From an uncultured Gammaproteobacteria bacterium (GTDB lineage Bacteria; Patescibacteriota; Microgenomatia; UBA10105; UBA927): a stretch of DNA of 64,000 nucleotides. The position numbers were made by a program, and so were the translations under genes. How positions within the stretch are numbered: the stretch's first letter is position 1; each line of letters begins with the position of its first letter. Below are positions 1-7,848 of the stretch, piece after piece. The stretch is from positions 5,865 to 69,864 of the forward strand of contig CAYUUX010000003.1 in NCBI GenBank assembly GCA_964448085.1, in the 5' to 3' direction. The notes below the pieces were generated by a model. It was not told the DNA's origin, made no database searches, and saw only the letters and a program-made list of their open reading frames with translations.

Positions 1-38
1 GTTGTTGTGTGGTGGTACAAAGCGTGCAGGAAGCGATA

Positions 39-203
39 ATGAAGCGTATAAATGTACAATGGCATATCTCCAATAAGATGCCAAAGAAACCAACGTTGGA
101 TCAAAGAGTTGCATGGCACGTTGAGCATGCAAGACATTGTACGTGCCGAAAGCTGAGTGGGAATATATTGGAAGAAATCCAACGGAGGGGAATAAAAGTG
201 TAA
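39..203 (+). CDS. Small hypothetical protein with His/Cys cluster (WHxEHARHCxC)
   Basis: In-frame ATG at 39 within ORF 9..203; MPKKPTLDQRVAWHVEHARHCTCR resembles a conserved small-protein family. Confidence 0.6.
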   Translation: MKRINVQWHISNKMPKKPTLDQRVAWHVEHARHCTCRKLSGNILEEIQRRGIKV

Positions 204-277
204 GAAAGCGGGTTATAGAGCATCAAATACGTTTCCTCCCAGCAAAAATAGCGTTCGTTTTGTTATATCTACAGCGT

Positions 278-943
278 ATGTATCAATGGAACTTTGCATT
301 TGCAAAACACGGACGGATATTTTTGCAAGCGGACAAAGAACTGGAGTCAATACGGAAAATTTTCCAAAAACATAATGTGCATACAGTATTGGATCTTGGA
401 TGTGGTTCGGGGAGACATCTGGTCTATTTATCAGAACACCATTTTGACATGTATGGTATTGATATTGCCAGGGAGGGAATCCATTTAGCGGAGGAATGGT
501 TGCGCAGCAAAAAGTTGTACGCTACTCTGGCAAGAGGTTCCGTATATAACAGGTTACCGTATAGAGACAATTTCTTTGATGCAGTTATTTCGACACGGGT
601 ATTGCACCATGCAGCTCCGGAGCGCATACAAAAAACGATTGCGGAAATTGAAAGAATTTTAAAACCGGGCGGTTTAGTGTATATAACGGTGCGAAAAAGA
701 AAACTGAAGAGATCATATACCAAGAACGAAGTTATTGAAAAATACGGAAAGCAGAAAACCGCATATAGAATTATTGGACCGAGAATGTATGCGCCGGTAG
801 AGGGAATAGAAAAGGGATTGACGCATTACCTTTTTAATAGGATCCTACTAAAAAAGGCGTTCCGTAATTTCACAAATATATCCATTTGGGTCGATGAGGA
901 AAAACGACATTATTGTCTGAGTGGAGAGAAAAAACGAGCATGA
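278..943 (+). CDS. Class I SAM-dependent methyltransferase
   Basis: VLDLGCGSGRH motif I, GIDIA, FDAVIS..VLHH, LKPGG; start moved to ATG 278. Confidence 0.9.
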   Translation: MYQWNFAFAKHGRIFLQADKELESIRKIFQKHNVHTVLDLGCGSGRHLVYLSEHHFDMYGIDIAREGIHLAEEWLRSKKLYATLARGSVYNRLPYRDNFFDAVISTRVLHHAAPERIQKTIAEIERILKPGGLVYITVRKRKLKRSYTKNEVIEKYGKQKTAYRIIGPRMYAPVEGIEKGLTHYLFNRILLKKAFRNFTNISIWVDEEKRHYCLSGEKKRA

Positions 944-1035
944 TTTCTTTTGCGTTGTTCTCTGGATATGGTACCCCTACAAAGGAATTGTTTATCAACA
1001 CACCGGTTTAAAAAAAGGGGAGGTGCCCGCAAAAG

Positions 1036-2016
1036 TTAATTTGCATCGGTGGCAGGTGAAGCACCTTCTTGCTTCACGGTATCTTTTTGGGTAAGCCGTA
1101 ACGTGGAAAGCATAGTATCGAATATGTCTTCGGTTGTCTGTTTTGTGAGTTTCATGTGGATGTTGAATCCATAATATCTATCATTCTCATGCAAATTGAC
1201 GAGAGCCCCCACATATCCTTCTCCCGGTGTCCCGAGAATCGGGAGGTACATTTGCTCGCCTCCATAATCTTGCCAGGTATTGATGCCATATATTTTGAGA
1301 TAGGTTACGCCATGAACATTTGTGTGTTCCGATACAACGGACGGAGGAAGATAAGTTTTGCTTACAGTGTGAATAAAGCGAGGATAATATTTTCCATCTT
1401 GAGTTACATATCCTGTGTGATCAGCAAATCCTCCTTCTCTTCCCGCGGAATAGTCTTTGGAAACACTGCCTATCGTAATGTCCCCGCCTCCGCATGCTCC
1501 ATATCCTGCAAAGACCGGTCGAATGAATGAGATGGACTGTATGAATGACTGACAATACTGTGTGCCCGTGTCTCCTGGCACTTCATTTCCGTTCGGTCGT
1601 TCCATCATGCCAAAATTGACAGGAAGTTTATATTCAATGCCAAGGACCGTATCTGTATAGAGTTTCCAGAGTGTTGTTGGATCAGCAGGTTGTGTTCCGG
1701 GGGGTGTGGAGTCGATATTTTGTTGAAGTGCTGATGAAACGAAAGTACGTTTTTGAACGTAGGAAAGCACACTTCGATAGAGAGGAGGATTCGTATGCCA
1801 TCCTGGGTTTGGACATACTTGTCCCATTTTACAAACCACTGCTTCGGTTTGGAAATAGGGGATGGGACAAAAGAGAACGAGGATAATCAAAAGAAATATG
1901 GCAGGGATACTAAACTTAGTATGGGATTTTTTTACAATGGGCGCTTGAGTTGGTTGCATGGATGCAGACGGTGGAAAATTTGGCGTTTGCGTTGGAGGTT
2001 GCGATGGTGATTCCAT
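1036..2016 (-). CDS. Membrane-anchored hypothetical protein, PsbP-like domain
   Basis: Pro-rich N-terminus, TM helix, WKLYTDTVLGIEYKLP ... FDTMLSTLRL bracket motifs. Confidence 0.65.
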   Translation of the reverse strand: MESPSQPPTQTPNFPPSASMQPTQAPIVKKSHTKFSIPAIFLLIILVLFCPIPYFQTEAVVCKMGQVCPNPGWHTNPPLYRSVLSYVQKRTFVSSALQQNIDSTPPGTQPADPTTLWKLYTDTVLGIEYKLPVNFGMMERPNGNEVPGDTGTQYCQSFIQSISFIRPVFAGYGACGGGDITIGSVSKDYSAGREGGFADHTGYVTQDGKYYPRFIHTVSKTYLPPSVVSEHTNVHGVTYLKIYGINTWQDYGGEQMYLPILGTPGEGYVGALVNLHENDRYYGFNIHMKLTKQTTEDIFDTMLSTLRLTQKDTVKQEGASPATDAN

Positions 2017-2076
2017 AAATCAAAAATGTCTATCAATGCAAGAAACCGTGATGGTATCGGTGTCTATACCATTTTG

Positions 2077-3177
2077 TTACTGACAATCTTTTGGACAATT
2101 GCATGCATCTTCATATTGTGCGTCACATATGTTGTTCCCGCAAGGGCTACAGAGCGTGTGGGGAACACCCATTTGCTCTCTGCATATTTGAGAAAGATCC
2201 GGCGTTGACTGTTTGTCAGCTATTTTTGTAAGCCCAACGCAACAATCCATTGCTTTAATGGTAGGATTCGTTTTTCCTGTTGTCATATCAAAATTACTTA
2301 TCGCCCGTTCACCAGCACGAGCGCAGGAAGCTGGAGCCGACTCGGGAGCAGGAGAAGTATCAAAAAACTGTATCGTTGAAATGATTGAATCAAAACGATC
2401 AAACCAATCTTGGGCAAGTTGTGGTGCCTTTTGAGAAAAAAGGTCTTTGACAAAAACCTCTGGGGATTTCCAGATAAGAGCGTCACTGCAATTTTCTGTG
2501 TCCGTCGTAAAATATTGGGGCATCGCATCCGCATAGCTTCTCGGCGCAGTAAGCGTCAGAATAACTTGGTGATTATTTTTGAAAAAAATCAGTCCGCGGG
2601 TAAACCGCACATCACATACCTCAATTAACTGGAGAGAAAGATATGTTTTGCCGGAGAGAGACTGTATGGGAATCACGTTTTGCGAATTCGGATAGTTCGT
2701 GCCAAACGCTCGGGTGCCGTAATTTCCGTTTTCCAAAGCTTTTTTGTCTGCCAGAGCGGTTGTGAGATCAAATCCAAGAGGTTCGTCTTCATACTGAGCT
2801 AAGTCTTTGGTTCGTATATGTAAAACTACTGCGCGCGAGTTTTTGGTGTCCGCATTCAGCGTTATGTCATTGGGATATTGAATTTGGAACCCTAATTGTT
2901 CATCGGTATACGTATTCCAATCGGATGTAGCAGTTTCTTCTTTTTGCGTCTCTAACGTGGGTGTGGGAGCTTGTTGAATATTTGATATGTACATATTCTT
3001 TGACAAGAAGAAACCTCCAAAGAAGGTAGCGCATGGTACAAAAACACAAAGAAGTATGATAGATACTACGTTGCGCTTTGGTTTCCCAGTTGGTGAGGGA
3101 ATTTGAGATTCTGGTGGAATATCCTGTTTTGAAGAAGACGCTTGTTCTGGCTGTTGTAAGACGGGTTCTGGATACAT
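2077..3177 (-). CDS. Membrane-anchored PsbP-like protein with Cys-rich C-terminus
   Basis: TM helix, WNTYTDEQLGFQIQYP ... FDSIISTIQF, C-terminal CGNNICDAQYEDACNCPKDC; start moved to ATG 3177. Confidence 0.65.
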   Translation of the reverse strand: MYPEPVLQQPEQASSSKQDIPPESQIPSPTGKPKRNVVSIILLCVFVPCATFFGGFFLSKNMYISNIQQAPTPTLETQKEETATSDWNTYTDEQLGFQIQYPNDITLNADTKNSRAVVLHIRTKDLAQYEDEPLGFDLTTALADKKALENGNYGTRAFGTNYPNSQNVIPIQSLSGKTYLSLQLIEVCDVRFTRGLIFFKNNHQVILTLTAPRSYADAMPQYFTTDTENCSDALIWKSPEVFVKDLFSQKAPQLAQDWFDRFDSIISTIQFFDTSPAPESAPASCARAGERAISNFDMTTGKTNPTIKAMDCCVGLTKIADKQSTPDLSQICREQMGVPHTLCSPCGNNICDAQYEDACNCPKDCQ

Positions 3178-3294
3178 ATATGTAGGATAACATATTATTG
3201 TTTGATGTCGACAGCTCATTGTTAGAACCATTGGAGTATGAGCGATGGGGTATTGTTGAGATTATTTTCCAGAAGGAGGTATACTACGGGGAGT

Positions 3295-3798
3295 ATGGAA
3301 AAAATAAAAACCACAGGAGCAGTGTCGACAAAAAAGGGCATAGCAGGAATTATCCTGCTTTTTATTATTCTATTCATCCTCCTTGGAGGCTTATTTGCAT
3401 TTGATTACGGATATATTGCGTATACGAAACAGACGCATATCTATCCCACCGCAACGCCTCCCCCCGGGGTGACGTACACGCCGATAACTGCGCGTGGGAG
3501 TTTTTCAAAAGATGCATACAGCGTGAACATAACACTCTATTTTGTTTCAGAGGGTGGTTCGGTGTCTGGGGATTTTTCTGGGGATTGCAGCGGAGTCATC
3601 ACGGGATATTATGACGGGAAAGACGGTGGAGTCATCAGCGGAAATGCATATGGAAGCTGTGATCCTCTTTTTGTCCCCATTCCGGCATCGGCGGAGTTCT
3701 CTGGTGTTGTACAGAAAAGCCAGAAGGCCATTCCCGTTACAGGAAAAGGATCTGCAATGGGGGTCTCCGGTGAGGGTTCGTTGACGTTTACTTTCTAG
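3295..3798 (+). CDS. Membrane-anchored hypothetical protein (Gly-rich beta domain)
   Basis: N-terminal TM, PTATPPP linker; ATG 3295 lies 9 nt after TATACT. Confidence 0.65.
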   Translation: MEKIKTTGAVSTKKGIAGIILLFIILFILLGGLFAFDYGYIAYTKQTHIYPTATPPPGVTYTPITARGSFSKDAYSVNITLYFVSEGGSVSGDFSGDCSGVITGYYDGKDGGVISGNAYGSCDPLFVPIPASAEFSGVVQKSQKAIPVTGKGSAMGVSGEGSLTFTF

Positions 3799-3825
3799 TC
3801 CTTCTTTTGAAAGAGGAAACAAAAA

Positions 3826-4314
3826 TTAGAGCCATTGGACATACGTGCATCCGGTTGGTGTTTTAGTTACCCGATCCCATCCCGAAGTGGAGCACTTTTT
3901 CATCCGCTTCCCATTTGCCGTTGTATACAGGACAAGTTTTGATCCGCAATCGGGGCATTCTTCTTCGAGTGGTTCTGTTGTTCCATTAATCCATTCGACA
4001 AAGTCGCACCCCGTCGCTTGTTTCTTTTCCGCATCCCAACCGCCAGTTGAGCATTTTTTCATTTTTTTCCCAAATCGCGTCATGGTGAGCACTAACGGTG
4101 CGCCACATTTTGGGCATTTTTCCTCCAGCGTCTGCGGTTCAAATGGGAGCCATAGAACGAAATCACACCCGTCGACTTTTTTGGTCGCCGCATTCCACAT
4201 ACCACCGGAGCACCTCCGTAATTTTTTTCCTGAATTCGTGAGAGTAATTTCTCCCAGTGGACTTCCACACTTTGGACAGGTGTCGGTTGTTGGTGTTTGC
4301 GTGTCGTTTTTCAT
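3826..4314 (-). CDS. Stand-alone topoisomerase-type C4 zinc-ribbon repeat protein
   Basis: Three repeats of CPxCG..GK..C S..W....GC..V.W. Confidence 0.85.
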   Translation of the reverse strand: MKNDTQTPTTDTCPKCGSPLGEITLTNSGKKLRRCSGGMWNAATKKVDGCDFVLWLPFEPQTLEEKCPKCGAPLVLTMTRFGKKMKKCSTGGWDAEKKQATGCDFVEWINGTTEPLEEECPDCGSKLVLYTTANGKRMKKCSTSGWDRVTKTPTGCTYVQWL

Positions 4315-4421
4315 ATCTCTCTACTATACCATGCAGCGAAAGATATAAGAACGGAGAAAAAACAGCGAGGATGCCACTTAACAAATATGCTTCGTATTCA
4401 GTATACTTAACTGAATAAAAT

Positions 4422-5027
4422 ATGGTAACGGAATTATTTTTTGACGTAGAGACAAAAAAATTGTTCAGTGACATAGCATCTGATGATCCGGCAGATCTTG
4501 GGGTATCGATAGTCTCGGTGTATAAACGGCAACTCAATGAGGCATTGGAAGAGACACAAGGGGAGCTGCGGAGTTTTTGGGAAAAAGACTTCCCTTCTAT
4601 GTGGCAATGGTTTTCGGAAGCGGATCGCATTGTGGGATTCAACTCGCTAAAATTTGATGTTCCGGCACTGCGACCATATGCACCTGAAAATTTTTCGCGA
4701 CTACCACATTTTGATGTAATGGAACTCGTCCGGCAAAAACTTGGAAGAAGAATAGGATTAAACGCATTGGCACAGGTTTCCTTGGGGATAGAGAAGATTG
4801 ATCATGGGACAAACGCCGTTATTTACTGGGCTAAAGGAGATGCGGAAAACTTAAAAAAATTGCAAACGTATTGTGAATCAGATGTCTTGTTGACTCGTGA
4901 CCTGTATGAATACGGAAAAAAATTCGGTCACCTAAAATACATGGATAAATGGAACAGAGAGTCGACAATTGAAATTGATTTTTCGTATCCAAAGAAAGAG
5001 GTAAGTCCACAGATTGGATTATTCTGA
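4422..5027 (+). CDS. RNase H-like DEDDy 3'-5' exonuclease (YprB/RNase_H_2-like)
   Basis: FDVET (ExoI), GFNSLKFD (ExoII), YCESDV (ExoIII); ends in QIGLF. Confidence 0.85.
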   Translation: MVTELFFDVETKKLFSDIASDDPADLGVSIVSVYKRQLNEALEETQGELRSFWEKDFPSMWQWFSEADRIVGFNSLKFDVPALRPYAPENFSRLPHFDVMELVRQKLGRRIGLNALAQVSLGIEKIDHGTNAVIYWAKGDAENLKKLQTYCESDVLLTRDLYEYGKKFGHLKYMDKWNRESTIEIDFSYPKKEVSPQIGLF

Positions 5028-5831
5028 CGAAAGCAAACGTACGATGTCGGGAATTTTGCGTTCCGTTTCTTCTACACCAAGTGTAATGATTTCCTCTCCG
5101 TGAACCGCGCGCGTTATTGCAAGCGGTGTGACATGGGGCTCAAGGGGAATATCCGCAAGTTTCATATTTTCTTTTGCCAAACTGTATCGCAGGCTTGCAA
5201 TGGTAGATTTTGCAATCGTTAAAGACGAAGGGGGTGTTTTTGGAACAGGTGAAGATTTTCGGGTAAGATATGCATCACAGCTTACCGCAATAACTATATC
5301 CGCTCCCATGGAACGTACAACGGAGGCGGGAATTGGGAGAGATGCCCCGCCGTCCATAAGGTACATATCACCCAACGCCATTGGCTGAAACAGAAGCGGA
5401 ACGGAAATGCTTGCGCGGATAGCTTCCAATAGGTTACCTTTTTGTAGTATGACCGGCTCCCCTGAGGAAACATCCGTGGCCACAGCGGCAAAAGGAATTG
5501 TGAGTGATTCGATTGTGTGATGCCCGATGTGCTGTGTTAAAAATTCCATTGCCCGTTGCCCTTTGATGACTCCCGAGGAAAATGCTGCGTCTGAGAGTAC
5601 CCACGCAAGGTCACGATACCCGAAGGTGTGGGCAACTTGTTCAACTTTTTCGATGCTTCCAAGCGCGGCAAATGCACCCCCAATGAGTGCGCCGGCACTC
5701 GTTCCGGCAATCATATCAATGGGAATATGGTGAGCAAGAAGCGTTTTGATAACGCCGATATGAACAAAACCCCGAACACCACCGCTGCCAAGGGCGAGTC
5801 CAACTTTTTTTGTCGTTCGTTTTTGTCCCAT
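5019..5831 (-). CDS. Patatin-like phospholipase (RssA family)
   Basis: LALGSGGVRG, GTSAG nucleophile, DGG motif. Confidence 0.93.
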   Translation of the reverse strand: MGQKRTTKKVGLALGSGGVRGFVHIGVIKTLLAHHIPIDMIAGTSAGALIGGAFAALGSIEKVEQVAHTFGYRDLAWVLSDAAFSSGVIKGQRAMEFLTQHIGHHTIESLTIPFAAVATDVSSGEPVILQKGNLLEAIRASISVPLLFQPMALGDMYLMDGGASLPIPASVVRSMGADIVIAVSCDAYLTRKSSPVPKTPPSSLTIAKSTIASLRYSLAKENMKLADIPLEPHVTPLAITRAVHGEEIITLGVEETERKIPDIVRLLSSE

Positions 5832-5886
5832 GAAGGTATTATAACAATTTGCGATAGGAGAAACGATTGGTCTATACTCAGGCTAT

Positions 5887-6375
5887 ATGAAACAGTATAT
5901 ATGGTATGTTGGCATTTTTATTGTATGTGTATTGGCAATCCGCATGCCTGTATATGGATTGGACCCAGGGCTGTTGCCTCCAAGGGATGCAATTCAAATT
6001 ACGCTACCAACGGCTACACCAACGCCCACAATAAAATTCATGATTCCGGATAAAAGCATTAGGATTTCTATTGCGCCGTTGTCAACAGCTACTCCAACAC
6101 AAACGACTGCACCGTTAACAACTACAACTGTGGCGGTAAGTCCTACTCCAGATTCATCTCTGGATGCATCAAGCGGAGCAAATGTTGAAAAAACAGAGAG
6201 TACACCATCTCCACAAGGCGAGGAAACAAAAAAAGGGGCTGTAAAAAGTATACTGAACAAGCGGGACATGGGTTTTTTTGGCATTATCGGAGCATTAGCG
6301 TTGATTATCTTGGTTATTCTTTTTTTCCCCAAAAGAAAAAAGGAATCTGACGGCATCACCGAAGAACAAACATAA
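5887..6375 (+). CDS. Secreted Thr/Pro-rich protein with C-terminal TM anchor
   Basis: N-terminal signal-like hydrophobic stretch, PTATPTPT low complexity, C-terminal TM followed by PKRKK. Confidence 0.7.
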   Translation: MKQYIWYVGIFIVCVLAIRMPVYGLDPGLLPPRDAIQITLPTATPTPTIKFMIPDKSIRISIAPLSTATPTQTTAPLTTTTVAVSPTPDSSLDASSGANVEKTESTPSPQGEETKKGAVKSILNKRDMGFFGIIGALALIILVILFFPKRKKESDGITEEQT

Positions 6376-7129
6376 AATAGATTCCTGCAAGAAATATACG
6401 GTAGACCCCGAAGGGAACAAAAGAATGATGTCGTATATACTGAAGGAAGAGACGGACCGTAAAAAGCGCGGTGATAAAAGATGTCAAGATTCCCAAGAGA
6501 AGGAAATGTAGTGAAGAGGAATCAAAAGAAATGGGTGATTGAATAAGATCTAATACTGTTGCCGCTAGCATGGTGGGGATTGCAAGAAGAAACGAAAACT
6601 CTACAGATGCGGCTCTGGATAATCCCATAACCATTCCTGCAAACATTGTCGCTGCTGCACGAGATACGCCTGGTATGAGGGAAACAGACTGACCAATCCC
6701 AATACCAACCGCTTGTCGTATCGAAACCGTTTCTAAAGAAGCTCTAGGAAACGTCCTTTTTTTAAACACTGTTTCCATGAGAATAAAGACAGCGCCTCCA
6801 AGAGCGAGTGCGATAACGACTACATAGGGATTGCCTAAAAGATACTGTTTAACAAGTCGGTAGAATAAAAGTCCGGTAATCATGGTGGGAATAAACGCAC
6901 ACAAGAGCGGTACCCAAAGGAACCGTTTGGTTAGGAGAGTTTGAAAATAGATGACGCCCACAGCCATAATTGCCCCAAGCTGGATGATGATCTCAAACGA
7001 TTTTAAGAATTCATTGTTAGGAATGGAAAGCAGAGTTCCAACAAGAATCATATGACCCGTGGAAGATATGGGAAGGAATTCGGTAATACCCTCAACGATA
7101 CCAAGAATGATAGCGTGAACGTTTTGCAT
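6356..7129 (-). CDS. uppP: Undecaprenyl-diphosphate phosphatase
   Basis: GIVEGITEFLPISSTGH, IQLGAI, PGVSRAAAT motifs. Confidence 0.97.
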   Translation of the reverse strand: MQNVHAIILGIVEGITEFLPISSTGHMILVGTLLSIPNNEFLKSFEIIIQLGAIMAVGVIYFQTLLTKRFLWVPLLCAFIPTMITGLLFYRLVKQYLLGNPYVVVIALALGGAVFILMETVFKKRTFPRASLETVSIRQAVGIGIGQSVSLIPGVSRAAATMFAGMVMGLSRAASVEFSFLLAIPTMLAATVLDLIQSPISFDSSSLHFLLLGILTSFITALFTVRLFLQYIRHHSFVPFGVYRIFLAGIYFMFVLR

Positions 7130-7137
7130 GGAAAGGT

Positions 7138-7332
7138 TTACGAGACTATTTCTATTGCTTCGGACGGACAGGATTTTGCTGCTTCTGTTGCAAGTTTTTT
7201 GTCCTTTTCTGTGTACGCATCAGGATTTTTTTTAAGAGCAACAACGCCACTGTCTAGGGTGAATAATTCTGGCGCAATTGAGGCGCAGAGTCCGCAAGAC
7301 AAACATTTATCTGTATGAAGGCGTATATTCAT
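7138..7332 (-). CDS. Single-cluster ferredoxin
   Basis: CLSCGLC ... CPSEAI; GGAGG Shine-Dalgarno upstream. Confidence 0.92.
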   Translation of the reverse strand: MNIRLHTDKCLSCGLCASIAPELFTLDSGVVALKKNPDAYTEKDKKLATEAAKSCPSEAIEIVS

Positions 7333-7417
7333 AATCCTCCTAGATTTCTATCCTATACCGTTTGCCCCCTTTTTAAAAGGGGAAGGAAAGAGGAATTTGG
7401 GACAGAGACAACATATA

Positions 7418-7426
7418 TGGTATACT
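7418..7426 (+). promoter_or_regulatory. Extended -10 promoter for the RRM gene
   Basis: TGgTATACT about 125 nt upstream of ATG 7554. Confidence 0.6.
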
Positions 7427-7553
7427 TGCCGATGACTTAGGAAGAAGTAAGGAAGTAGGTTTCGAAGTCTTGTAAAGTCCACGTGTTTGGTCTTTGTCAA
7501 TCTTCGTAGTATACCCGTCCCGTTTTCCGTCCTAGGGAGAAAGGAATACTCAT

Positions 7554-7805
7554 ATGAATCTATTTGTCGGAAACCTTCCGTACACAATGGACAGCGCGAA
7601 ATTAAGCGAAACATTCGCTCCTGCAGGAACCGTTGTTTCTGCAAAAGTGATCGTTGATAAATACTCTGGACGATCACGTGGCTTTGGTTTTGTTGAAATG
7701 AGCTCAGATGAAGAGTCGAAAAAAGCAATCGAGATGCTCAATGGAACCGCTGTCGAAGGACGACCATTGGTCGTCAATGAAGCGCGACCCCCAAAACAAG
7801 GGTAA
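7554..7805 (+). CDS. RRM (RNP-1) RNA-binding protein
   Basis: LFVGNL (RNP2), RGFGFVEM (RNP1), VNEARP. Confidence 0.96.
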   Translation: MNLFVGNLPYTMDSAKLSETFAPAGTVVSAKVIVDKYSGRSRGFGFVEMSSDEESKKAIEMLNGTAVEGRPLVVNEARPPKQG

Positions 7806-7818
7806 ACGTTTGTAAACG

Positions 7819-7848
7819 AAAAAGGGCTGAGCAATCGGCCCTTTTTTT
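7819..7848. terminator. Bidirectional intrinsic terminator between the RRM and PBP genes
   Basis: AAAAAGGGCTGA-GCAA-TCGGCCC-TTTTTTT. Confidence 0.85.
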
